Part shown: in pieces, positions 22,399-32,311 of the stretch
Layout: every line of letters begins with the position of its first letter
Numbering within the stretch: the stretch's first letter is position 1
NCBI GenBank assembly: GCA_963975485.1
Contig: CAXBHO010000002.1
Location: 14,257-78,256 of the forward strand
Reading direction: 5' to 3'
DNA from: an uncultured Balneola sp.
GTDB lineage: Bacteria; Bacteroidota; Rhodothermia; Balneolales; Balneolaceae
Length of the DNA stretch: 64,000 nt
Notes under the pieces: generated by a model
Databases searched by the model: none
What the model was told of the DNA's origin: nothing
The model's input: the letters and a program-made list of their open reading frames with translations, nothing else
Translations under genes and position numbers: made by a program

Positions 22399-22782
22399 AT
22401 GGAAAATAAGCATATGATCTCATGGTTTGAGATTCCTGTTAACGATATTAAACGAGCTAAAAATTTTTACGAAGCTATTTTTGACGTTGAACTTTCCGGA
22501 ATGGATATGGGCGATGAATTCAAAATGGAAGTATTTCCGGGTGGAGAAGAATCAGTAAGCGGCGCACTAGTTTATAATGCTTCGTGGTATAAAACCAGCA
22601 ATACTGACGGGCCATTAATTTATTTGAATGGAAATCCGGATCTTCAAACAGTACAAGATAAAATTGAAGATTCAGGAGGAAAAGTTGCCATCCCTAAACG
22701 ACAGATTTCGCCGGATCATGGATATATGACCGTTTTTGAAGACACCGAAGGAAACCGGATAGCGTTGCATTCGGATAAATAA
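22399..22782 (+). CDS. VOC (glyoxalase/bleomycin-resistance) family protein
   Basis: ISWFEIPVNDIKRAKNFYEAIF is typical of VOC proteins. ATG at 22399 with an AAGGAGG SD is preferred over the TTG at 22345 in the ORF track. Confidence 0.75.
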   Translation: MENKHMISWFEIPVNDIKRAKNFYEAIFDVELSGMDMGDEFKMEVFPGGEESVSGALVYNASWYKTSNTDGPLIYLNGNPDLQTVQDKIEDSGGKVAIPKRQISPDHGYMTVFEDTEGNRIALHSDK

Positions 22783-22818
22783 TTAAAAGCCACTAAACAC
22801 AAACTCTAATTTTTATAG

Positions 22819-24615
22819 ATGATCCAATTCAGATCTGTATTATTTTTTTCCATTCTCATTTTACTTAACTGTTCAACGACACCTGATGAACCAATCGATG
22901 TAGTATTCGAAAACTATTATCAGGAACGCATAGGGTTCAATCCGATCGAATCTACGATCTCCGGTGATATAGCTTACAATGACACGCTTCCGAATTTAAT
23001 TTCTGATGAATATCAGACTAAGCAGTTAGCATTTTACGAGAAGTATCTTACAAAACTAGAGCAATTCAATCCCGATAATTTATCTGAAGCTCAAAGAGTT
23101 AGCAGAGATGTGCTACTTTGGGAGTTAGATATTAAAATTGAAGGATTGCAGAATGTAATTCCTGTCACAACCTCTCCTCAATTCGGTTTGCCCATTATAG
23201 AGTTAATGCCACTCAATCAGATCTTTTCTCTGCATTTGTACATCGGGCAACTAGGGAGCGGAAGCAGTGCTCAACCGTTTAATACCGTTCAAGATTATGA
23301 GAATTGGCTAAGCCGCATGGATGATTATTTTGATATTCTTGATACAGCAATGTTGAGAATGCAGGAAGGAATAGATATGGGATTTGTTCATCATAAAGTG
23401 ATAACTCAGAAGATGATCAAACAGCTCGATGATTTTATTCTTACACCGATTGATGAACACGTTTTTTTCACGCCGGTTTTGAATTTGCCAGATGCAATTT
23501 CTGCGGAGGAAAAAACTCAAATTGAGGAAGATTATCGAAAGATGATTACCGAGCGCTTAGTTCCAAAGTATAAAGAGTTACAGAATTTCTTAACCGAATC
23601 ATACTTGCCGGCAAGTGTAGAAACTGCAGGAATAGGCGAGCTCCCCAATGGAAAAGAAACCTACGAATATTTGGTTCGAGTTCACACAAGTACAGATATG
23701 AGTCCGGACGAAATTCATCGGCTTGGCCTTAGTGAAGTGGAGCGAATTGAAGGAGAAATGGAAAAAATAAAGGATCTGGTTGGGTTTAAGGGAGATTTGA
23801 ATGCATTTTTTAATCATGTAAGAACAAGCCCTGAGCAAATGCCTTTCACAAAACCGGAGCAAGTGATAGAGAATTTCGAGAAAATGCATGAACGAATGAA
23901 ACCACAATTGGAAAAACTCTTTGATATGACTCCCAAGGCAGGATTTGTAGTTCGCAGAACGGAAGCTTTTCGTGAAGCTTCCGCTTCAGCTGAATATAAC
24001 TCAGGATCAAAAGATGGCTCAAGGCCCGGCGTATTCTACGTGCCGATTCCAAACGTGAAAAAGTATAACAAGTTCAGCGATGAAAGCTTGTTTTTGCATG
24101 AAGCTATTCCCGGACATCATTATCAACTTTCACTTCAACAGGAAAATGAAGCACTTCCATCGTTTATGCACACCGAAGGTTTGGGAGTGTACGTAGAAGG
24201 TTGGGCATTGTATAGTGAGTCGCTTGGAAAGGAATTAGGTTTATACACCGACCCTTATCAATATTTTGGAATGTTGAGCGCAGAAATGCATCGTGCTATT
24301 CGTTTGGTAGTAGATACCGGAATGCATGCCAAAGGCTGGACACGAGAACAGGCAATTCAATTTTCTTTGGAGCATGAAGCGGAATCAGAAGCGTCCATCA
24401 CTTCAGAAATTGAACGCTATATGGTAGCTCCGGGACAGGCTTTATCGTATAAAATCGGTCAACTTAAAATCCTTGAGCTCAGAGAAAGATCCAAAGAAAA
24501 GTTGGGTGAAAAGTTCGACATCCGAGAATTTCATAACCAGGTTTTAAACTCCGGAAGTTTGCCCTTGGAAATACTTGAGCAAAATATAGATCGTTGGATC
24601 TCAGAAAGTAAATAA
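22819..24615 (+). CDS. DUF885 family protein (secreted/lipoprotein, metallopeptidase-like)
   Basis: 598 aa. N-terminal signal with LLNCS lipobox-like site, HEAIPGHHYQ motif and ERYMVAPGQALSYKIG. Confidence 0.8.
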   Translation: MIQFRSVLFFSILILLNCSTTPDEPIDVVFENYYQERIGFNPIESTISGDIAYNDTLPNLISDEYQTKQLAFYEKYLTKLEQFNPDNLSEAQRVSRDVLLWELDIKIEGLQNVIPVTTSPQFGLPIIELMPLNQIFSLHLYIGQLGSGSSAQPFNTVQDYENWLSRMDDYFDILDTAMLRMQEGIDMGFVHHKVITQKMIKQLDDFILTPIDEHVFFTPVLNLPDAISAEEKTQIEEDYRKMITERLVPKYKELQNFLTESYLPASVETAGIGELPNGKETYEYLVRVHTSTDMSPDEIHRLGLSEVERIEGEMEKIKDLVGFKGDLNAFFNHVRTSPEQMPFTKPEQVIENFEKMHERMKPQLEKLFDMTPKAGFVVRRTEAFREASASAEYNSGSKDGSRPGVFYVPIPNVKKYNKFSDESLFLHEAIPGHHYQLSLQQENEALPSFMHTEGLGVYVEGWALYSESLGKELGLYTDPYQYFGMLSAEMHRAIRLVVDTGMHAKGWTREQAIQFSLEHEAESEASITSEIERYMVAPGQALSYKIGQLKILELRERSKEKLGEKFDIREFHNQVLNSGSLPLEILEQNIDRWISESK

Positions 24616-24622
24616 TTCCGCT

Positions 24623-24739
24623 ATGGAAACCTTTAGTATAGTAATGGTGATAGCGATAATTCTATTTGCAAGGCTGGGCGTTCGTCTTGTTTTCGGATGG
24701 TTGAACAGAGGCGGAAATGAAGATTCTCAGGATGATTGA
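24623..24739 (+). CDS. Possible 38-aa single-TM small protein
   Basis: METFSIVMVIAIILFARLGVRLVFGWLNRGGNEDSQDD, 7 nt after the DUF885 stop. Below the ORF-track size cutoff. Support is only a hydrophobic helix plus an acidic tail. Confidence 0.25.
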   Translation: METFSIVMVIAIILFARLGVRLVFGWLNRGGNEDSQDD

Positions 24740-25049
24740 AACAAAATTTAAGCAGGATGGCCGTTCGAAAATTACCAAAGTTTCGGTAGCCTTTCGAAAT
24801 AACGCATACACACTTTTAGGGACTGTACCGAAACTTTGGTAATTGTTCCGACCGGATATAAACCTGCCTTGTCGGCAGACAGATGCCCTACTTGGGTAAT
24901 CCCAAACCGAGTCAACTTACCCAAAGAGATCCCTTTAGGATCGGTATAACATAATCGAAAAAATCTACGGGATGAATTCCTCACTAAAGTACTTGTCCAA
25001 AATTTCATCACGTTCGCTAGTCAAGGACTTTATTCCGCAGCAATTAACA

Positions 25050-26255
25050 TTAAGCCATTACTTTAGAAACAGCTTCTGCCGCTTCTTTCAGTAGTACAGC
25101 AGAAATCACATTCATACCCGAATTATCGATGATTTCTTTAGCTTCTTCAGCGTTTGTTCCTTGAAGGCGAACAATGATCGGCACATCTTTAATTTTTTCT
25201 GCGATCTCAGGATCTTTAACGGCTTCAATAACTCCATTAGCTACACGGTCGCAACGAACAATACCACCAAAGATATTGATCAGGATCGCTTTCACATTTG
25301 GATCGTCAAGAATAATTCTGAATCCGTTTTTAACGGTCTCAACATTAGCTCCACCACCAACATCTAAGAAGTTAGCTGGTTCGCCACCGGAAAGCTTGAT
25401 GATATCCATAGTCGCCATTGCAAGTCCGGCGCCATTTACCATACAACCAACATTTCCGTCAAGCTTAATGTAATTTAAATCATATTTTGAAGCTTCTAAT
25501 TCAAACGGATCTTCTTCCGCTTCGTCTTTCAATTCGGCCAGATCCGGATGGCGGTACAAAGCGTTGTCATCAAAAGTTACTTTTGCATCCAGCGCAAAAA
25601 TTTCATCATCAGGAGTTACGATCAATGGGTTAATCTCAAACATATCAGAATCAGTTTCTTCGTACGCTTTATAAAGCGACATGATAAACTTGATACAAGA
25701 TTTTAGCGCTTTACCTTCTAGTCCAAGAGAAAAAGCAATACGTCTTGCTTGGTTTACCTGAAGACTCATTCCCGGCTCAATCCATTCTTTGATGATCTTT
25801 TCAGGAGTTTCTTCAGCAACTTTTTCGATCTCAACTCCACCTTCGGTAGAAGCCATGATCACATTTTTGCTAACTGCACGGTCTAGTAAAACTCCAACAT
25901 AAAATTCCTTTTTGATGTCCACACCATCAGTAACATATATAGTCTGGACCAGCTGACCTTCTTCACCGGTTTGGATCGTAACAAGCACATCACCTAACAT
26001 TGACTCCGCAGCTTCACGAACTGCATCAATCGTTTTGCAAAGAATAACACCTTTAGCATTGTTCTTTTTGGTGCGGCCTTTTCCACGTCCACCTGCATGA
26101 ATTTGTGCTTTAACCACAAAAAGAGAAGATCCCTCTTCCTTCATTTTCTTAGCGGCTTCAACAGCTTCATCAACAGAAGTAGCTGCAATACCCTCAGGAA
26201 CAGCAACTTTGTATTTTTTTAAAATTTCCTTGGCTTGATATTCGTGGATTTTCAT
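25050..26255 (-). CDS. sucC: Succinate--CoA ligase (ADP-forming) subunit beta
   Basis: 401 aa: MKIHEYQAKEILKKY, ATP-grasp domain, GGIVRCD. Confidence 0.97.
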   Translation of the reverse strand: MKIHEYQAKEILKKYKVAVPEGIAATSVDEAVEAAKKMKEEGSSLFVVKAQIHAGGRGKGRTKKNNAKGVILCKTIDAVREAAESMLGDVLVTIQTGEEGQLVQTIYVTDGVDIKKEFYVGVLLDRAVSKNVIMASTEGGVEIEKVAEETPEKIIKEWIEPGMSLQVNQARRIAFSLGLEGKALKSCIKFIMSLYKAYEETDSDMFEINPLIVTPDDEIFALDAKVTFDDNALYRHPDLAELKDEAEEDPFELEASKYDLNYIKLDGNVGCMVNGAGLAMATMDIIKLSGGEPANFLDVGGGANVETVKNGFRIILDDPNVKAILINIFGGIVRCDRVANGVIEAVKDPEIAEKIKDVPIIVRLQGTNAEEAKEIIDNSGMNVISAVLLKEAAEAVSKVMA

Positions 26256-26335
26256 GTAACAGTATTCTTTTTAAGTGTTATAAAAGCGATTTTTCAAGTC
26301 TTATAAAATAGGGAGATTAGGCGCGAAAGGAAAGA

Positions 26336-26398
26336 AAATGAAATCCAGATTACTTCATTTCACAAAAGGTTGTGATTTAAGCGGAATGTGGCTTAAAT
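26336..26398 (+). promoter_or_regulatory. Candidate PyrR-binding hairpin plus downstream hairpin in the pyrR leader
   Basis: AAATGAA-atccagattac-TTCATTT has a loop carrying UCCAGA, part of the PyrR binding-loop consensus. A second hairpin, ATTTAAGC-ggaatgtg-GCTTAAAT, lies at 26375..26398. Confidence 0.35.
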
Positions 26399-26418
26399 TT
26401 GGGGCGAATTATAAAATT

Positions 26419-26976
26419 ATGGATCCATTGCAGAAAGCACAGATCATGACGGAGGAAGACTTAAATCGTATGTATTTACGATTTGCACATCAGTTCCTCG
26501 AATCTTACGAAGACCCAACCCGACTTGCCATCGTAGGTATGCAAACCAGAGGGGTTTATATCGGTCGCCGAATTGTTGAAGTTATAAAACAAGAGTTTGA
26601 TATCGATATCGACTTTGGTGTGCTGGATGTTACTTTTTACAGAGATGATTTCAGATCTAAACTCAAAATGCCAGAAGTTCAGGTTACAGAGATTCCTTTC
26701 GATCTCTACGACAGAGATATTATGTTAGTGGATGATGTATTGTACACAGGAAGAACAGTCCGGTCAGCTATGGATGCGCTTATGGCTTATGGCAGACCCA
26801 GAAAAATTCAGTTTTGTTGTATGGTTGACAGAGGTCACAGAGAACTACCTATTGCTCCGGATTTTACCGGACTTTATGTTCCCACTCATGAAAATGAAGA
26901 AGTGCGGGTAAAAGTAAAAGAATTTGATGGCGAAGATGCTGTGTATTTGGTAGATGTTGAGGAGGAACAGAAATGA
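26419..26976 (+). CDS. pyrR: Bifunctional pyrimidine operon regulator / uracil phosphoribosyltransferase PyrR
   Basis: PRPP-binding motif IMLVDDVLYTGRT. The start at ATG 26419 gives 185 aa, the usual PyrR size. The ORF-track start at 26338 would add 27 non-homologous residues across the leader hairpins. Confidence 0.9.
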   Translation: MDPLQKAQIMTEEDLNRMYLRFAHQFLESYEDPTRLAIVGMQTRGVYIGRRIVEVIKQEFDIDIDFGVLDVTFYRDDFRSKLKMPEVQVTEIPFDLYDRDIMLVDDVLYTGRTVRSAMDALMAYGRPRKIQFCCMVDRGHRELPIAPDFTGLYVPTHENEEVRVKVKEFDGEDAVYLVDVEEEQK

Positions 26977-27923
26977 GTATAGATCTGGATAAATACAATT
27001 TCAAACAAAAGCATTTGCTTGGCTTAGCTGATTACTCGGCAGAAGATATTTTATATGTATTGGAACAAGCAAAGTATTTCAGAGAAATTCTGGATCGACC
27101 GGTACCAAAAGTTCCGACACTACGTGACAAAACTATTGTAAACCTCTTTTATGAAAACAGTACCCGAACCCGACTTTCTTTTGAACTTGCTCAGAAAAGA
27201 ATGGGTGCGGATGTAGTAAATTTTTCTGCAAGTAATTCATCCACAAAAAAAGGAGAGTCCCTCAAAGATACGATTCAGAACATTAGTTCGATGAAGATAG
27301 ATATGGTTGTGGTTAGGCATGAGAGTCCGGGAGTTCCACACTTTCTTACGCAATGCGTAGATGCGGCAATTTTAAACGCTGGAGATGGAGCGCATGAGCA
27401 CCCTACACAAGCGTTGCTGGATATGTTTACGATGCAACAAATTCATCCAGAATTGAAGGGAAAAAAGATTGCGATTATTGGTGATATATCACACAGCAGA
27501 GTAGTTCGTTCAAATATACTGGGGTTAAAAAAGCTAGGAGCAGAAGTCATTATTTGTGGACCAAAGACGTTAATGCCCGTTTTTGTGGAAGATTTAGGAG
27601 TTACTATTTCCTATGATTTGAATGAGACTCTTGCCTGGTGTGATATTGCAATGGCACTTAGAATTCAACTTGAGCGACAAGGACATTCTACAGAATTATT
27701 TCCATCTCTTAGAGAATATCACGAGCGCTTCGGAATAAAACTAGAACATCTGGAAAAATATCCTGATTTTAAGGTCATGCACCCCGGTCCGATAAACAGA
27801 GGAGTAGAAATGGAAAGCGAAGTCGCTGATAGCGATCGGGCTATAATACTTAATCAGGTCACCAATGGAGTAGCCGTTAGAATGGCGGTGCTTTATTTGT
27901 TGAGCGGTGGAAATAGAGTTTAA
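26973..27923 (+). CDS. pyrB: Aspartate carbamoyltransferase catalytic subunit
   Basis: 316 aa with STRTR, HPTQ and HPGP motifs. It overlaps the pyrR stop by 4 nt. Confidence 0.95.
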   Translation: MSIDLDKYNFKQKHLLGLADYSAEDILYVLEQAKYFREILDRPVPKVPTLRDKTIVNLFYENSTRTRLSFELAQKRMGADVVNFSASNSSTKKGESLKDTIQNISSMKIDMVVVRHESPGVPHFLTQCVDAAILNAGDGAHEHPTQALLDMFTMQQIHPELKGKKIAIIGDISHSRVVRSNILGLKKLGAEVIICGPKTLMPVFVEDLGVTISYDLNETLAWCDIAMALRIQLERQGHSTELFPSLREYHERFGIKLEHLEKYPDFKVMHPGPINRGVEMESEVADSDRAIILNQVTNGVAVRMAVLYLLSGGNRV

Positions 27924-27932
27924 AACTATATT

Positions 27933-28670
27933 ATGACAAGCAAAACTAAAGAAAGAATTGAAAGAGAAAGAGATTTTCACAATGAAGTTTTTTCAAATGA
28001 GACTCGTAAAGCAATCAAGAAATACTATAAATCTACTGCACAGGCAAAAGAATATTTTCAATCTGAAATAAATAAAGATATAAAAAATAAAAAGGTGTTG
28101 GAATTTGGTTGTGGTATAGGTAGTGCTGTATATAGTGCAGCTAGTAAAGGTGGAAAAGCTACCGGAATTGACATTTCCGAAGTAGCAATCAATAAGTCAA
28201 AAGACCATGCAAAAAGTTTAGATCTTGATATTAATTTTCAAGTAATGGATGCTGAAAATCTTACTTTTCAGGACAACAATTTTGATGTTGTATGTGGGAG
28301 TGGGGTTTTACACCATTTGGATCTTGAGAAGTCTTATTCTGAAATAACTAGAGTATTAAGAAATAATGGAAAAGCTGTTTTTATAGAACCACTTGGACAT
28401 AACCCAATAATTAATTTATATCGATATTTAACGCCAAAAATGAGAACAGAAGATGAGCACCCTCTTTTGATGAGTGATATTTCAATGGCTCAAAATTATT
28501 TTGGTAGAATAGATATCAAGTATTTCAATTTATTTTCAACTATATCAACTTTTATTCCAGCACTTTCTAGCACTTTAAATAAATTTGATGATTTTATTTT
28601 TAAGAATTTGCCTTATTTGCGGAAGTATTCTTGGATTGTAGTTCTAACATTTAAAAATCCAATTAAATAA
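27933..28670 (+). CDS. Class I SAM-dependent methyltransferase
   Basis: 245 aa, motif I VLEFGCGIGS, Methyltransf_11-like. Confidence 0.8.
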   Translation: MTSKTKERIERERDFHNEVFSNETRKAIKKYYKSTAQAKEYFQSEINKDIKNKKVLEFGCGIGSAVYSAASKGGKATGIDISEVAINKSKDHAKSLDLDINFQVMDAENLTFQDNNFDVVCGSGVLHHLDLEKSYSEITRVLRNNGKAVFIEPLGHNPIINLYRYLTPKMRTEDEHPLLMSDISMAQNYFGRIDIKYFNLFSTISTFIPALSSTLNKFDDFIFKNLPYLRKYSWIVVLTFKNPIK

Positions 28671-28673
28671 ATT

Positions 28674-29738
28674 TTGAGTTCCAGTAAATTAAATCCTTCG
28701 GTCACAATTGGTATTCCTGCATTTAATGAGGAAAAATATATTGAAACAGTGATATCTGGTTTTTTAAACTCATCATATGCTAATATAAAAGAGATAGTTA
28801 TAGCAGATGGAGGTAGTAAGGATAATACACGTGAAATAGTAGAAAAATATTCAAAAGCCGATTCAAGAGTTAAACTCATTGATAATCCTAAAAAATATCA
28901 ATCGTTTGGTCTAAATCTTATTATTGATATGGCTCAAGGAGATGTATTCATAAGAGCTGATGCTCATTGTGAGTACGGAAATGATTATATAGAAAAGTGT
29001 ATTGAAAACCTCAAAAGAGATAAAGTAAAAAATAGTGGTGGTGCAGCAAGGTTTTTAGCAAAAAACTGGGTACAAGCAGGTACGTCACTTGCTGTGCAAA
29101 GTTATTTAGGTCATGGAGGTGCAAAACATTATGATCCCAACTACGAAGGATATTCTGATACTGTACCGATGGGTTGTTTTTGGATTAAAGACTTAAGAGA
29201 GCTTGGAGGTTTTAGTGAAAAGAATCTTACAAATCAGGATGCGGAGATAAACTATAGAATAAGAACAAAATTAAATGGTAGAATTTATATAAGTCCTGAT
29301 ATTAAGCTTCGTTATTATCCAAGAGATAAAATATTTCAATTATTTAAACAATATTTTAGATATGGAAGAGGAAGGTGTATCACCTCAAATTTTCATTCAG
29401 GAGATATACCACTTAGAAGTAAAGCACCTTTTGTTTTTGTTTGTTTGGTGATTATGTTATTAGTTGCAGACTATTTTTTGTTTGAAGGATATTTAAAATC
29501 TCCATTTTATCTTTTGTTTTTTGCTTTTTTTATTTTGGTTGAGTCTTTTAGAACTGTTCTCATACATCAAGAATATTTAAAAGAAGAGATCTGGAAAAAC
29601 TCTGAAATAAAACATCCTGGAGTCATTAAAACGTCTTTTTCAGTTTTTCTAGTACTCGTTGTAATGCATCTAGCTCATTTTTTGGGATATGGATACCAAC
29701 TTATTAAATCAAAAGTTTTTCGGGTTGATGGGTGGTAG
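28674..29738 (+). CDS. Glycosyltransferase family 2 with C-terminal TM helices
   Basis: 354 aa. VTIGIPAFNEEKYI and ADGGSKDNT are typical of the GT2 N-terminus. TTG start. Confidence 0.8.
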   Translation: MSSSKLNPSVTIGIPAFNEEKYIETVISGFLNSSYANIKEIVIADGGSKDNTREIVEKYSKADSRVKLIDNPKKYQSFGLNLIIDMAQGDVFIRADAHCEYGNDYIEKCIENLKRDKVKNSGGAARFLAKNWVQAGTSLAVQSYLGHGGAKHYDPNYEGYSDTVPMGCFWIKDLRELGGFSEKNLTNQDAEINYRIRTKLNGRIYISPDIKLRYYPRDKIFQLFKQYFRYGRGRCITSNFHSGDIPLRSKAPFVFVCLVIMLLVADYFLFEGYLKSPFYLLFFAFFILVESFRTVLIHQEYLKEEIWKNSEIKHPGVIKTSFSVFLVLVVMHLAHFLGYGYQLIKSKVFRVDGW

Positions 29739-29754
29739 CGTCATAAAATTAAGT

Positions 29755-30942
29755 TCAAATGAATGATTTCAAAAATTGGTCTAGTTTACCAATTTGAGTA
29801 TCCCAAGAATATTTTTGTTTTATTAGATTTATTGAATTAGTACTATACTTTCTTCTTTTAGTTTTATTTGCCAGTAAATCTAACACAGAATTGGAGAATT
29901 GGAAGGGAGAATCTGCAACCTCGTAGTGTACGCCATTTCGTGCATCTATACCATCTGAAGCAAGCTTAGTACAAACGATAGGGTTCCCATAGGACATGCC
30001 TTCAATCATTTTTAATTTTACTCCGGATCCATTTTTAAGGGGTACAATTTGAACAGTTGCTTTACGGCAGAAATTGGCTAAATCTTCTACAAAACCAACA
30101 TAAGAGATGTTGGTTGAGAATCTTTTTAAAACTGTTTCTGGCAAATCATTTCCGGCAAGAGTTAGTTTGACTTGTTTATTATTTTGTAAAATTATAGGCC
30201 ATACATTATCTAAAAACCAAAATAAACCGTCAATATTAGGTTTCCATTTCCAATTTGAAAATGCTATTAAATGATTTTCTTCTCTTTCGTCAAATTCAAA
30301 CGAACTAGTCACATCAGCTCCGGGTGGACAAATAATTTTAGGTATATCAGCATTTGTTATTGAGTACAATTTTTCAGCATCAACATCAGAGATATAAGAT
30401 ATACCGTCTACGGCGCTTAAAATCTTAGTCTCAAATTTTTTCATAAGGTGAGCTTGATCATAGAAGATCAATTTTTTTACAAGATTTTTTTCATTATTTC
30501 CATATTTCTTTATTAGCTCATGTTCTACATTGACATGTTGTAATACTATAGGAGTATCTTGGAATTTATTTCTTAATAAAGAAATAAAGTTACCGAGATG
30601 AAGACCTGCCAATAATATAACGTCAAAATCACTTGGAAGCGGGTCAATGATCTGCTTCATAATCTTTCTATCCATTCTATGTTGTACATTAACCACTTTT
30701 CTTGAAACAGAAGATTTCAAAATAGAAAAAACTGAATAAGGAGTGAATCCTCCATTTTTATAATGCAAAGTGCATATATCAGTTAACCCATCTGGATTTT
30801 GATGCTGTAATTCCGAATAAAATGATGCTAAATGAACTTCATGCCCTAAATCAGATAAGTGTTTTGTAGTATTATAAATATAAACAGCCCCGCCATCATC
30901 GATAGGGAATGGTATTCGGGCACAGATGTATAGTAGTCTCAT
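29755..30942 (-). CDS. Glycosyltransferase family 4 (GT-B)
   Basis: 395 aa with GSGVKLKMIEGMSYGNPIVCTK (E-x7-E region). Confidence 0.8.
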   Translation of the reverse strand: MRLLYICARIPFPIDDGGAVYIYNTTKHLSDLGHEVHLASFYSELQHQNPDGLTDICTLHYKNGGFTPYSVFSILKSSVSRKVVNVQHRMDRKIMKQIIDPLPSDFDVILLAGLHLGNFISLLRNKFQDTPIVLQHVNVEHELIKKYGNNEKNLVKKLIFYDQAHLMKKFETKILSAVDGISYISDVDAEKLYSITNADIPKIICPPGADVTSSFEFDEREENHLIAFSNWKWKPNIDGLFWFLDNVWPIILQNNKQVKLTLAGNDLPETVLKRFSTNISYVGFVEDLANFCRKATVQIVPLKNGSGVKLKMIEGMSYGNPIVCTKLASDGIDARNGVHYEVADSPFQFSNSVLDLLANKTKRRKYSTNSINLIKQKYSWDTQIGKLDQFLKSFI

Positions 30943-31100
30943 TTTGTTAGCTTATTTCGGAATTGTTGGAATTGAAGCAAGATTTTTTTTTGGAAGGCTA
31001 TTTGTTTCAGAAAAAGTATTTCCATTTAGAGAGCTTTTAAATAAATGCTTTAAAAAGCCTCTTAAATTTTTGTTTGTAACTCCTATCTCGATCATAGTTT

Positions 31101-32261
31101 TTACTTAAGATTGGAATAAATATTCAATAATTGACCAGCAATAACATCACTGGAAAATCTTTTTACAGCATCATTTCTGATTTCTTGAGGATTATAATCC
31201 TTGAATTCCTGAATCATTATCTCTAATGCATCTTTCAAACGAATAGAATTATTCTTTTCAATTAAAATTCCATTTTTACCATTTAGTATATCTTCAGGAC
31301 CACCACTTTTTGTTGAAACCAACGGCTTGCCACACATTGCGGCTTCAACCAAAGCAACTCCAAAACCTTCATTTCTACTTGGTAAAACAAAAAAGTCACA
31401 AGCGTTGTAATAAATTGGAATCGCTGAGTGATCTTTAGGTCCGTGAAATATTATCTGGTCAATATCCAGAGACTGGATCTTATTTTTTAAAAAAAGCTCA
31501 AGCTTTAAATCATTTGGCTTTCCAACTATGTGGACTACAGCTTTATGCTTAAGAATATCAGATTTTGAAATTGCTTCAACCAATAAATCGGTTCCCTTTT
31601 CTTTAGCTGTATTAGATACACATAGAATATGTACTTTCTTTGGATCCCACGTTAATTTCTTTTGCGCTTTTAATTGGTCTGATACGGAAAATTTTTGAGC
31701 ATCTATACCATTGTAAATTGTACTGCATTTGTCTTTGGTAAATGAGAACTCTTCAATTATATCTTTTCTTAACTGATTACCTACTGTTATTATATAGTCG
31801 GATTCTAGAAGACCATTTTTGATGTGGGTATATAAATGGGGGTTTTCTTTTGCAGTATAGAAAGCGAAGCCATGGATGGTGTTAACTACAGGTATTCCTA
31901 ATTTTTTGATTTCTGGCAGAATCATTAATTCCGGGAATGTCCAATGTATATGTACTACATCAGGGTTAATATTTTGAATTGCAGCCTTCAAAGCATTGAA
32001 CAAAGCAAATTTTGTTATTCTTGCTAATCTTTGTCGTGGTATTGATAAATAATATACTCTCTGGGCATCTTGTTCATCCTTAAGCGTTGAGTTATTAAAC
32101 GAAAATCGTTTAGTAAAAGGCAGACTGTAAGGTGTAGGAACCAATATTTTAACATCTAAAGAAGTATTTAGTGATCGATATAAATCTCTTATAAAAGTTC
32201 CTGCATAAGGAGCTTTATTCGAAGGATATAAATGACTAATATGAAGAACTTTTTGAATCAA
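31101..32261 (-). CDS. Glycosyltransferase family 4 (GT-B)
   Basis: 386 aa with PSRNEGFGVALVEAAMCGKPLVSTKSGGPEDIL. Confidence 0.85.
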   Translation of the reverse strand: MIQKVLHISHLYPSNKAPYAGTFIRDLYRSLNTSLDVKILVPTPYSLPFTKRFSFNNSTLKDEQDAQRVYYLSIPRQRLARITKFALFNALKAAIQNINPDVVHIHWTFPELMILPEIKKLGIPVVNTIHGFAFYTAKENPHLYTHIKNGLLESDYIITVGNQLRKDIIEEFSFTKDKCSTIYNGIDAQKFSVSDQLKAQKKLTWDPKKVHILCVSNTAKEKGTDLLVEAISKSDILKHKAVVHIVGKPNDLKLELFLKNKIQSLDIDQIIFHGPKDHSAIPIYYNACDFFVLPSRNEGFGVALVEAAMCGKPLVSTKSGGPEDILNGKNGILIEKNNSIRLKDALEIMIQEFKDYNPQEIRNDAVKRFSSDVIAGQLLNIYSNLK

Positions 32262-32311
32262 AATCTGGATGTATAAATTGTAAAAGTGAAAATAGAAATT
32301 AAAGATTCACA

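Noticed and set aside
24772-25011. 79-aa minus-strand ORF between the DUF885 gene and sucC
   Set aside because: It spans the 17-bp inverted repeat and the dispersed repeat box. It has no SD and an odd composition, so this is more likely non-coding repeat DNA.
26338-26418. 27-codon N-terminal extension of pyrR in the ORF track
   Set aside because: The extension is not PyrR-like and overlaps the leader hairpins. ATG at 26419 gives the canonical length.
30926-31108. 60-aa plus-strand ORF between the two GT4 genes
   Set aside because: It overlaps both flanking minus-strand genes' ends, has no SD and is low-complexity.
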